Positions 1 through 10,600 of a DNA stretch of 64,000 nucleotides are shown in pieces. Position 1 is the stretch's first letter. Every line of letters starts with the position of its first letter. Source of the DNA: Octopus sinensis. Taxonomy: Eukaryota. A model generated the notes under the pieces. It did not search any database. It was not told the DNA's origin and was given only the letters and a program-made list of their open reading frames with translations. Location: the NCBI RefSeq assembly GCF_006345805.1, contig NC_043025.1, forward strand, positions 10,478,001 to 10,542,000. The letters are read 5' to 3'. The position numbers and the translations under genes were made by a program.

Positions 1-182
1 CATTGCTTGACAACCGATGCTGGTGTGTTTACGTCCCCGTCTCTTAGCGGTTCGGCAAAAGAGACCGATAGAATAAATACTGGGCTTACAAAGAATAAGT
101 CCTGGGGTCGATTTGCTCGACTAAAGGAGGTGCTCCAGCATGGCCGCAGTCAAATGACTGAAACAAGTAAAAGAGTAAAGAG

Positions 183-215
<33 letters not shown>

Positions 216-422
216 TTATTTCTTTACTACCCACAAGGGGCTAAACACAGAGGGGACAAACAAGGACAGACAAAGGGATTAAGTGGATTATATCGACCCC
301 AGTGCGTAACTGGTACTTGATTTATCGACCCCGAGAGTAATAATAATAATGATAATGATATTTTTTTTTATCGTCATTTCATTCTTATTTTGTTATTTGT
401 ACTTTTTCTATTATTCTAACAG

Positions 423-551
423 AGACGGGAGTACCCAGATGGTACCCGCAAGACCATCTACCCAGACGGACGCCAAGAAACAAAGTTCGCCAATGGACAT
501 GTACGCATTAAGGACCGCGATGGCAACGTGCTCATGGATAAGAAGCTGTAG
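423..551 (+). CDS. CENPJ: Terminal coding exon of centromere protein J / SAS-4 / CPAP (TCP10 C-terminal domain end); gene begins upstream of the window
   Basis: Pyrimidine tract plus ttctaacAG acceptor at 421-422. Translation [42 protein letters not shown] closely resembles the CPAP C-terminus (REYPDGTVKTVY..GHQETKY.SGR.R.KD..GNVLMD). The ORF track shows a different frame here. Confidence 0.9.
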   Translation, partial: RREYPDGTRKTIYPDGRQETKFANGHVRIKDRDGNVLMDKKL

Positions 552-763
552 CCCACTAATCCATCTCTCCCCTCACTTCTGGCCTTGCGATTGGCATACA
601 ATGATCCTTTGCAGCCGACTGAAGCGTAACCGCCATCACCTCCCTCCCTCCCTCTCTGTGGGCAGCAGACTGAGGTTTCTGCTAGCAATGATGTGTGACC
701 ACTGACAAGTGAAATATAAGTTTGTGTATGTGTGCTTGTGTATACTCATGGATATATATATAC

Positions 764-820
<57 letters not shown>

Positions 821-2307
821 TAGGAAAACCCCACCTTTTATCAATTCAAAATAAATAATTAAATTACACCATCTAGAAAATTACATATAATAGAAAAGTT
901 AAAATTAAGATAACAATAAAATGTAAAGATTAAGTAAATTGCAAAAAATAATTATAAAAATGTATATATATACATTTTTATTACATTTTTATTATTTTTG
1001 TAATTTATTTAATCTTTACATTTTATTGTTATTTTAATTTTAACTTTTCTTTTATATGTAATTTTCTAGATGGTGTAATTTAATAGTTCATTTTGAATTG
1101 ATAAAAAGTGTTTTTTTTTCCTAATTTTCTATATATATATTATGTGTGTAATTTGATTTAGTATTTCTAAATTGAATTCTTTTTCCTTGTAAATTTGGAT
1201 TTTATTCCCTCAAATAATAATTATATATATATATATACACACACATATATACGTGTGTGTGTGTGTGTGTGTGTGTGTATGGAGAGAGAGAAAAGGAAAG
1301 AAAAAGACATATACACACATTATCGTGCTTCACTGGTCAGAAGTTGTGCATCATTACTAGCAGACATAACACTTCACTGACCACAGAAAGGGAGGGAAGG
1401 TGGGAGATCATTGCAGTCATGCTTCAGTTATTGCAGAGGGCCTTAGGGTACTAGTCAATGATCATACAAGCATTCATGTTTCAAGGTTGATCATGCTTCA
1501 CTTAACACAGTAACCTTACCCTATTTGACCCAGGGGTCATATTTCACTAGGTGCAAAGGTCAAACACATTACAGACTACATTAAATCTCATACTTCTGTG
1601 GACCCTCAAATCATGCATCACACACCTCATGCATAAGTGGACCCACTGCTGTTCACGCTTCACTGAATACACTACTGCTGTCACACAACGCTGAGTACAC
1701 TGCTGTTATGCATTGCTTGGTGACCACACAACTGTCATGCTTCAGTGGAAACACTACCATTTCATGCTTCAGTAACCAATTGACTCTCATTCTCCAGAAA
1801 GTGCTATTCATTTCACGGTCCAGTGAATATTATAGGATTCATGTCTCAATGAACACTCTGAAGAAGCAAATTTTTATGCTCCAGTAAACATACACAGACA
1901 TATATATAAGTCATTAAGTAAACATACATGCTTTAGTGAACAAGCAGATATATATATGTGTGTGTGTGCGTGTGTGTATATGTACAATACATACATACAT
2001 GGTACCTCATTGAGCAAATATATGTGTCCTACATGTGTCGTGCATTATTGCATTTCAAAATTCAATCAATGAGGGAACCTATGGTATCAAACTATTCATG
2101 TTTGTGTGCATGTGTGTATATATATATTTATATTTACTCATGCATTTATATTTTTACACACGTGTGTACGCATGTACACATATATATATATATATATCAT
2201 ATGTATATATACTTTTTCATATATTCCATACAGTAATGTATATATTTATATCCCTATATATATATATGCATGCATATAATTATATATGTATATATATATA
2301 TATTTAT

Positions 2308-2369
<62 letters not shown>

Positions 2370-2384
2370 CATACATATATATAT

Positions 2385-2420
<36 letters not shown>

Positions 2421-4257
2421 GTATGTATGTGTGTATATATATATATATATATACACACACATGCAGAACAGCTTTCCTTTTTATCCATACTCCATTGAAT
2501 ACACATCTATCAATCTTCTAAGTTTTATATACTTTATTTTAGATTTTTTTCATATTTTCTTTATTAGATTTTTATAGTTGGTTTCATTGTTTGAAACGTT
2601 AAAGCTCTTAAATGCACATCCAAAGTCTACAGATCTTCACAGTCTCAGATTCAACAAGATGCCAAATATGTCCAGTTCAATTCCTGATAATGGGACTGAG
2701 AAGGTCTAGAAATGTCTGATAATTATTAAGAAAATATTAAAAAAATATATAATAAAGAGGTAAGACTGGAACGTAGCCAGGTATTTAATGAAAAAAAAAT
2801 GTATATTTGTGTGTGTGTGTCTGTGTGTATATATTTGCATATGTGTGTCTACTGTGTGTGTGTGTGTGTGTGTGTATGTCTACTCACATACCAATACAAA
2901 AATATAATGAAATACACCCTGAAGTTTACGGTTCCACTCGAGTAACAAATAGAAAGTTGAGTATGTATATAGGAGTGGCTGTGTGGTAAGTAGCTTGCTT
3001 ACCAACCACAAGGTTCCGGGTTCAGTTCCACTGCATGGCATCTTGGGCAAGTGTCTTCTACTATAGCCTCGGGCGGACCAAAGCCTTGTGAATGGATTTG
3101 GTAGACGGAAACTGAAAGAAGCCCATCATATATATGCATATGTATGTGTGAGATATACAAATGTATTTTATTTCAAGGGTTAACCCTTTATGGTTGGGTA
3201 TACTCCACAAGTCTTCTCATGCGGAGCACAAAAAAAATGGGAAAAAATATAAGATGATGCGCAATCAAATAGATTTTAATGTAAATGTGGCTTATATACA
3301 CCCATCTTCTTCACAATTTAGCAGTGTGTCAGTAAGCCAGAATCGTCCTCTATGGAAGAAAGCATATTATGTCAGGAAGCCACACCCGACCTTAAATCTT
3401 GTCATGAACCTATCTCAAATAAGGGGCCTGTCTCAAATGACAACTGAAGACCGTGTTAGAAACACTAAGAGCAGATATTTATTAAAATGATTAATGACAA
3501 ATGGACAAATGTTTCATTTGTAAATATTTTTCTGTGCTACACATTTGCTCATTTTATATGAATCATTTTAACAAATCATAATATGCCCCAGCATGGCTAC
3601 AGCCTTAGGGCTAAAACGTATAAAAGAATAAAAGAATGCATACATGCACACTTCATTTTGATAGCTCCAAGGAAGCTATAGAATCTTGCACAAGCATTCA
3701 GCACTGAGTGCACTGCACCTTATCGCCGAAACAGCTGTAAGCTAATGAAATTGTCAACACAATTCCTATTCCTGTGTCATTAAATTAACGTATGTGTATG
3801 TGTGTGTATAAAATAACACATCCCACACAGCATATATTTTAGACAACATGCCGGCAAAATGCTAAGGTAAAGCCAAAAACTAAAGCAAAGCAAAACATAC
3901 AAACGCCTTCTACACCCACAAAAAAAATTCTGCTTATGTATGTACGTTTATATATACATGTATATGTGTGTGTGTGTATGTTTATATATATATATATTTA
4001 CATATATATATTTACATATATATATATATTATATATATATTATAAATTAGGGTATCTACGAGATACCACCATGCTGGAAATAGCAGCCATGGTCTGACTC
4101 TAAAACCTTTCAGCATGCCGGCATCACATAGATACCCTATTTTATAATTTTAATAATTATTACCTTTGAAGGTTATTTTTTCCATGCTGACCACTTGATA
4201 AAATCGTTATTTTATTTTAAATTAACAATCTTATCCTTATATATATATATATGATGA

Positions 4258-4296
<39 letters not shown>

Positions 4297-4297
4297 A

Positions 4298-4345
<48 letters not shown>

Positions 4346-4759
4346 GTAAAAACCATTATGCAGAGTGACTAGCAAAAGCAACATTTCACCACCTTAAGCA
4401 CCTCCTTTTCCTTACTCTTTCACCTGTCTCTCTACTCAAGAATTCTGTATAATATGTTTAATATATTTTTAGATATTTTTAAAATGTCTTTTGTTATTTT
4501 TATAATGCCTTTCACTTTTTACTGTTTGCAAATTAAGTTTGAAATATTGTTGTTTCTTTCGTCGTTTTCCATATTTTTTTCTTGTGTGGTTGAGAAGCCT
4601 GCTTTGCGACCACATGGTTTACAAGTTCAGTCCCACTGCGTGGCACCTTCGGTAATTGTCTTCTATTATAGCCCTGAGTCGACCAAAGCCTTATGAGTGG
4701 ATCTAATAGATGGAAACTAAATGAAACCAGTCATGTAGGCATGTATATATGTATAGTTT

Positions 4760-4945
4760 TAATTTACAGAAAACCAAACAGGAAGACAGGTGAGGGAACA
4801 ACAAGCAGGTGTATTAGTTTGACGCTCAGGAAGAATGGAAAAGTCATTGATATTTCGGATCTATGCTCTTCAACAGAAAGGATTGAAAGGAAAAAAAAAC
4901 AGAAAATGAAATAAAATGTGTAGGAATTAAAGGTTCAACATTATA
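4760..4945 (-). mobile_element. Diverged Penelope-like 3' repeat of the same family as 62850-63165, with a degenerate CUGUUGA hammerhead (4843-4882)
   Basis: Minus strand CCUUU CUGUUGA A GAGC AUAG AUCC GAAA UA UC AAUGAC, followed by ttcctgagcgtcaaactaatac, like 63085-63105. Confidence 0.65.
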
Positions 4946-4949
4946 GAAA

Positions 4950-5000
<51 letters not shown>

Positions 5001-5254
5001 AAAATAGTAATGCAATACGAGAGTATTGCTTTCCAGTAAAGAATAGCCCGTGAGGGAAAATTATACATAGAAGTAAATATATGGTACAACGAAGTACCGA
5101 TATTTACTGGAAAATAGCGAACATAATAAATACGATGCTAATGTATAGCTTCACCGCGTATGTACTAGCAAAAATGCGTGTGTGCAACAAACCTGAAAAA
5201 AATTGTCTTACCTCCAGGGAGAACATCTGAAAGACGAAATACCTAGAAAGGGAT

Positions 5255-5330
5255 AATGTGGTACTGGTTTCGGATTTTTCAAGATATGTCTGCACACATA
5301 TACTTGATTTATCTTCATCAGCCAACATAT
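5255..5330 (-). ncRNA. Type I hammerhead ribozyme with extended stem II
   Basis: Minus strand AUGUUGG CUGAUGA A GAU AAA UCAAG U AUAUGU GUGCAG ACAUAU CUUGA AAA AUC C GAAA CCAG UA CCACAU. Intact core, 14-bp stem II, stem I paired, GUA cleavage triplet (cut after 5262). Confidence 0.85.
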
Positions 5331-5949
5331 ACCTCAACAACATTTCAAATGTTGCCGCATCAATGCCAATACGCTCGACTGAAACGCCAAAACGCTGACA
5401 GAACGATAACAGTGAAGAAGTTTCAATAAAAATAGTAATGCAATACGAGAGTATTGCTTTCCAGTAAAGAATAGCCCGTGAGGGAAAATTATACATAGAA
5501 GTAAATATATGGTACAACGAAGTACTGATATTTACTGGAAAATAGCGAACATAATAAATACGACGCTAATGTATAGCTTCACCGCATATGTACTAGCAAA
5601 AATATATATATATATATATATATATTTAAATATATAAGTGCAGGAGTGGCTGTGTGGTAAGTAGCTTGCTTACCAACCACATGGTTCCGGGTTCAATCCC
5701 ACTACGTGGCACCTTGGGCAGGTGTCTTCTGCTATAGCCTCAGGCCGACCAAAGCCTTGTGAGTGGATTTGGTAGACGGAAACTGAAAGAAGCCCGTCGT
5801 ATATATATATATGTATGTGTGTGTATATGTTTTTGTGTCTGTGTTTGTCCCCCTAGCATTGCTTGACAACCGATGCTGGTGTGTTTACGTTCCCGTAACT
5901 TAGCCGTTTGGCAAAAAGAGACCGATATAATAAGTATCCTGTTTTTGCA

Positions 5950-6220
5950 GGACAATACACCAGCACATGAAACTATGGAAAATATGCAACATTGGTTTCA
6001 AATTGGTAGATCACCCTCCTGACTCTCCTAACGTGGCCCCCTCCAACTATCACCTCTTTCTACAACTGAAGTAACGCAGTTTCAAACCGATTTGGCAGTG
6101 ATCCCTGCAACAGGGGCCTGGTTGGCGGCCCAACAGTCTGAGTTCTTTTTACAGGAATTAGGAAAACTGAAGGACCGCTTCAGTGAGTTTGTGAATCTGA
6201 GAGGGGAATATGTTCAATAA
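5950..6220 (+). pseudogene. mariner transposase C-terminal remnant
   Basis: DHPPDSPNVAPSNYHLFLQLK* (YSPDLAP motif) and, after disruption, GKLKDRFSEFVNLRGEYVQ*. Confidence 0.8.
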
Positions 6221-6690
6221 AATCATAATTAACATCATAAGCGGAAAGTGTAACCTCTCGTAGGGGCTGTTCTTCACTCCTGCTCCAGAGCGTCAGCTGC
6301 GGGGTCACTCCGAAAAGCTCTATCTGCGACGATTTCATCTCAATCGAAGGAGAGGGGCTTTCTCCGTCCGGGTTGCGGATCCGTGGAATAAGCTGCTGGA
6401 CAAGATAGTGAAGATGCCGATGACCGCTCGGTTCAAAGTCTCCCTTGACCACAAATGGCCTGAACTCTTTGCATGAACACCACCCTGTACATAACTCCAT
6501 GTCCTCCTACATGGCCTTGTTTTTCACTTTTTGAGCCAAAAAATTAACTTAACTTAACTTAATTGATCCTTCTGTATTTTCTTTTGCTCAAAGCCAGAAA
6601 CTTTTTAGTACCTGCACTTACATTTGGGAAGCAAATTGGTATTTTTTTTTGTATCATATTCAACAAATTCCCGATAATAATGAAACATGA

Positions 6691-7086
6691 GGCGCAGTAG
6701 TGGCTGTGTGGTAAGTAGCTTGCTTACCAACCACATGGTTCCGGGTTCAATCCCACTGCATGACACTTTGGGCAAGTGTCTTCTACTATTGCCTCGGGCC
6801 GACCAAAGCCTTGTGAGTGGATTTGGTAGATGGAAACTGAAAGAAGCCCGTCGCATATATATGTGTATATATATATATGTGTGTGTCTGTGTTTGTCCCC
6901 CTGCCAACATTGCTTGACAACCAATGCTGGTGTGTTTACGTCCCCGTCACTTAGCAGTTCGGCAAAAGAGACCGATATAATAAGTACTGGGCTCACAAAG
7001 AATAAGTCCTGGGGTCGATTTGCTCGACTAAAGGTGGTGCTCCAGCATGGCCACAGTCAAATGACTGAAACAAGTAAAAGAGTAAA
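6691..7086 (+). mobile_element. tRNA-derived SINE family 1 (about 390 bp, CORE-like), representative full copy
   Basis: A-box tggctgtgtgg, B-box-like ggttcaatccc, CORE-like accttgggcaagt, internal (TA)/(TG) tract, aaagagt tail. Other + copies: 1-180, 2971-3135, 5641-5935, 7668-8055, 12629-13011, 28025-28432, 30787-31160, 32755-33120, 39179-39560, 59751-60155, 60406-60810, 62447-62608. Other - copies: 9253-9390, 36385-36760, 37835-38200, 40770-41172, 46910-47317, 48822-49198. Resembles the octopus OR-type SINEs (from memory, unverified). Confidence 0.9.
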
Positions 7087-7299
7087 AAAGTATATCAAAA
7101 GTTGTATGAAGGCGCAATTGTAATCGTAAACAAGTTATCGAGTGGTTACAAAAAATTACAGGCTTCATTTTATTTTTAAAGATAAATAATAATCAAAATT
7201 AAAATAAATAATTAAAACAGTTTTATTGGTTTTTATCGTTAGCTAAACCTTTGAAGTTGCATTTCTATAAAAATTTCATTGAAAAATAGATTATATAAA

Positions 7300-7665
7300 A
7301 TATCACCATCCGAGCGTGATCATTGACAGAGCAGCTAACTGGCTTTCATGCTGGTGGCATGTAGAAGGCACCATTCCAGCATGATCGTCACCAGTGTCAC
7401 CTTACTGACACTTGAGCTGGTGGCACATGAAAGGACATTCGAGCGAGGTCATTGCCAGTACCGCCTGACTGGCCCCCGTGCCAGTGGCATGTAAAAGCAC
7501 CCACTACACTCTCGGAGTGGTTGGCGTTAGGAAGGGCATCCAGCTGTAGAAACTTTGCCAGATCAAGATTGGAGCCTGTTGCAGCCATCTGGTTCGCCAG
7601 GCCTCAATCAAATCGTCCAACACATGCTAGCATGGAAAGCGGATGTTAAACGATAATGATGATGA
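7300..7665 (+). mobile_element. SINE-like family 3 with (GAT)n tail
   Basis: Conserved gttggcgttaggaagggcatccagctgtagaaac and ccatgctagcatggaaagcggacgttaaacgatgatg. Other copies near 42355-42770, 42960-43190, 45835-46050, 46225-46405, 52445-52700, 52905-53100 and 60890-61200. Confidence 0.8.
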
Positions 7666-9535
7666 TAGGCGCAGGAGTGGCTGTGTGGTAAGTAGCTTGT
7701 TTACCAACCACATGGTTCTGGGTTCAGTCCCACTGCGTGGCATCTTGGGCAAGTGTCTTCTACTATAGCCTCGGGATGACCAAAACCTTGTGAGTGGATT
7801 TGGTAGACGGAAACTGAAAGAAGCCCGTCGTATATATATATATGTATATGTGTGCGTTTATGTTTGTGTGTCTGTGTTTGTACCCCTAGCATTGCTTGAC
7901 AACCGATGCTGGTGTGTTTACGTCGCTGTCACATAGCGATTCGGCAAAAGAGACCGATAGAATAAGTACCGGCCTTACAAAGAATAAGTCCCGGGGTCGA
8001 GTTGCTCGATTAAAGGTGGTCCTCCAGCATGGCCGCAGTCAAATGACTGAAACAAATTGAAAAAAAAATCTAAAAGGATGGGGCACTGAAGTGTAATTAT
8101 GCCTATGTTGGTTCCGTCTCTCTCTCTTAGACGTACTAACGATGACCCTGTGTATCCACGGTAACATTATCTGAATGTGTTGAGTGAAGGTGGTGATAGG
8201 TTGCTATCTGTTGAGTGAGAGTGTTGAGTGACAGTCACAGGAAAGGTAACGGACACTGTTATTGTTTTGTTCTTATTTATTTTTAATTGCAAGAGATGAA
8301 GAATAACGTCGGAATCATTAGGTCCACTTCATACCTTATAACGAAAGCGATATGAAAGTCTACCTAGGAATACATTATCCAATATGTCCTATTTTGTCGA
8401 TGTTGTTGTTTAGCCCCAGCTCAGACCTGTGAGGAAGTGAGTTCCAGCTGTGACCATCCTGCCTTTATTTAGACATAGTGTATCTAGGTCTACATTATCT
8501 AGTAGATCAATAATTAAAGGTGTTCCAGCCGTGACCATCCTGCCTTTATAGGTACACTTAATGTACATAGCACTACATTATCTAGTGTGTCCTTTTTTCG
8601 TTATTTAACCCCAGGTGATTCTTGATCCAACGTTCTGTCGACATAGCTAAAGAGAGGGGACAAACAAGGACAGACAAACGGATTAAGTCAATTATATCGA
8701 CCCCAGTGCGTAACTGGTACTTATTTAATCGACTCCGAAAGGATGAAAGGTAAAGTCGACCTCGGCGGAATTTGAACTCAGAACGTACGAGTTTCGTACG
8801 TTCTGAGTTCAAGTACCAGTTACGCACTGGGGTCGATATAATTGACTTAATACCTATGTCTGTCCTTGTTTGTCCCCTCTATGTTTAGCCCCTTGTGGGT
8901 AGTAAAGAAATAGGTATTTCGTCTGCCCTTACGTTCTGAGTTCAAATTCCGCCGAGGTCGACTTTACCTTTCATCCTTTCGGAGTCGATTAAATAAGTAC
9001 CAGTTACGCACTGGGGTCGATGTAATCGACTCAATCCGTTTGTCTGTCCTTGTTTGTCCCTTCTGTGTTTAGCCCCTTGTGGGTAGTAAAGAAATAGGTA
9101 TATGTACACACGTGACTTTGTTTACATTTCTGAAGATAACAGAAACCCTTTTCTCCCATCCCTAACCCAACTCTAACACAAACCCTAAACAACGTTCGCC
9201 ATAGACTACTCCACTTCTAGGAGTGTCCTTCTTGGCCGGATTTGTAAAACGATATATATACGATGGGCTTCTTTCAGTTTCCGTCTACCAAATCCACTCA
9301 AAGCTTGTCCAAGGTGCCACGCAGTGGGATTGAACCCAGAACCATGTGATTGGGAAACAAACTATCTTACCACAGAACCACGCCTGCGCCTCTAGGTATA
9401 TTTACATCAACACTTTTGATCATGGGCGAAATGCGTAGCCGTATTTCGTCTGCCGCTATGTTCTGAGTTCAAATTCCGCCGAGGTCGACTTTGCCTTTCA
9501 TCCTTTCGGGGTCGATTAAATAAGTACCAGTTACG

Positions 9536-9946
9536 GGCGATCTTTCGTCTCTAGTAGACCTTTCCGTCGATTTCCGTAAAAACATATTTTTTTTTACATA
9601 TATCATATGTGTGTGTATGGAGGGGAGAAAATCAGGTGTAGTGTTGCCGAATCTCAGAAAGCATGGAAGTTTTTCCGCAGTAAAAGGGTTAAAGATTATT
9701 CAGTAAAAGAAGTTATGATCACTGTTACTGGCACTTTTACAAAACAAACGGATTTTTAACGAAATTCAGTTTTAACCCCTTATAACTTTTTTATTTTATG
9801 ATATATGTAAAAAAAAAATGTCATAAAATCGCTTACTCTTAGTCTCTTTCGCTCCCATTACTTCAAAAGTTCCCGCAAGCCCATATGTAAAAAAAAATGT
9901 TTTTACGGAAATCGACGGAAAGGTCTACTAGAGACGAAAGATCGCC
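9536..9946. mobile_element. Mutator-like MITE family B (50+ bp TIR, 9-bp TSD) inserted in a family-2 SINE
   Basis: TIR ggcgatctttcgtctctagtagacctttccgtcgatttccgtaaaaacat; TSD ccagttacg at 9527-9535 and 9947-9955. Second copy at 47799-48189 in UBE2T intron 1. Confidence 0.9.
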
Positions 9947-10135
9947 CCAGTTACGCACTGAGGTCGATCTAATCGACTGGGCCCCTCCCCCAAAATTTCG
10001 GGCCTTGTGCCTAGAGTAGAAACTAATGCGTGTGTGATTGCGTGTGTGCACGTATCTGTACTCCACGTCTGTGTCTGTGTGTCCGTCCCGTTGATTTGAT
10101 CAAAGCCTGCCTTTCTATGCTATAAGCATGACATC

Positions 10136-10600
10136 TCTGTGTCTGTGTGTTCGTTCCGTCTACATAGCATCTACCTCGCTCTGTCTGTGTCTGTGTGTTC
10201 GTTCCGTCTACATAGCATCAACCTCGCTCTGTGTACGTGTGTTCGTTCCGTCTACATAGCATCTACCTCGCTCTGTCTGTGTCTGTGTGTTCGTTCCGTC
10301 TACATAGCATCAACCTCGCGCCGTGTTCGTTCCGTCTACATAGCATCTACCTCTCTCTGTGTACGTGTGTTCGTTCCGTAGACATAGCATCAACCACGCT
10401 CTGTGTCTGTGTGTTCGTTCCGTTTACATAGCATCTACCACGCTCTGTGTCTGTGCGTTCGTTCCGTTTACATAGCATAAACATCAATCTGTCTGTGTAC
10501 GTGTGTTCGTTCCGTCTACATAGCATCTACCTCGCTCTGTGTACGTGTGTTCGTTCCGTCTACATAGCATCAACCTCGCTCTGTCTGTGTACGTGTGTTC
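10136..10600. repeat. Minisatellite, 10 units of 36-48 bp (gtgttcgttccgtctacatagcatctacctcgctct...)
   Basis: gttccgt recurs at 10153, 10201, 10245, 10293, 10329, 10373, 10417, 10461, 10509 and 10553. Confidence 0.9.

Noticed and set aside
349-705. 118-aa ORF in the supplied track
   Set aside because: Wrong frame; the real coding frame is the CENPJ exon at 423-551.
2679-2725. CUGAUAA...GAAAUGUC motif in a Penelope-like tail
   Set aside because: Core G8 is mutated and stem I is lost; at most a decayed ribozyme, so it is not called.
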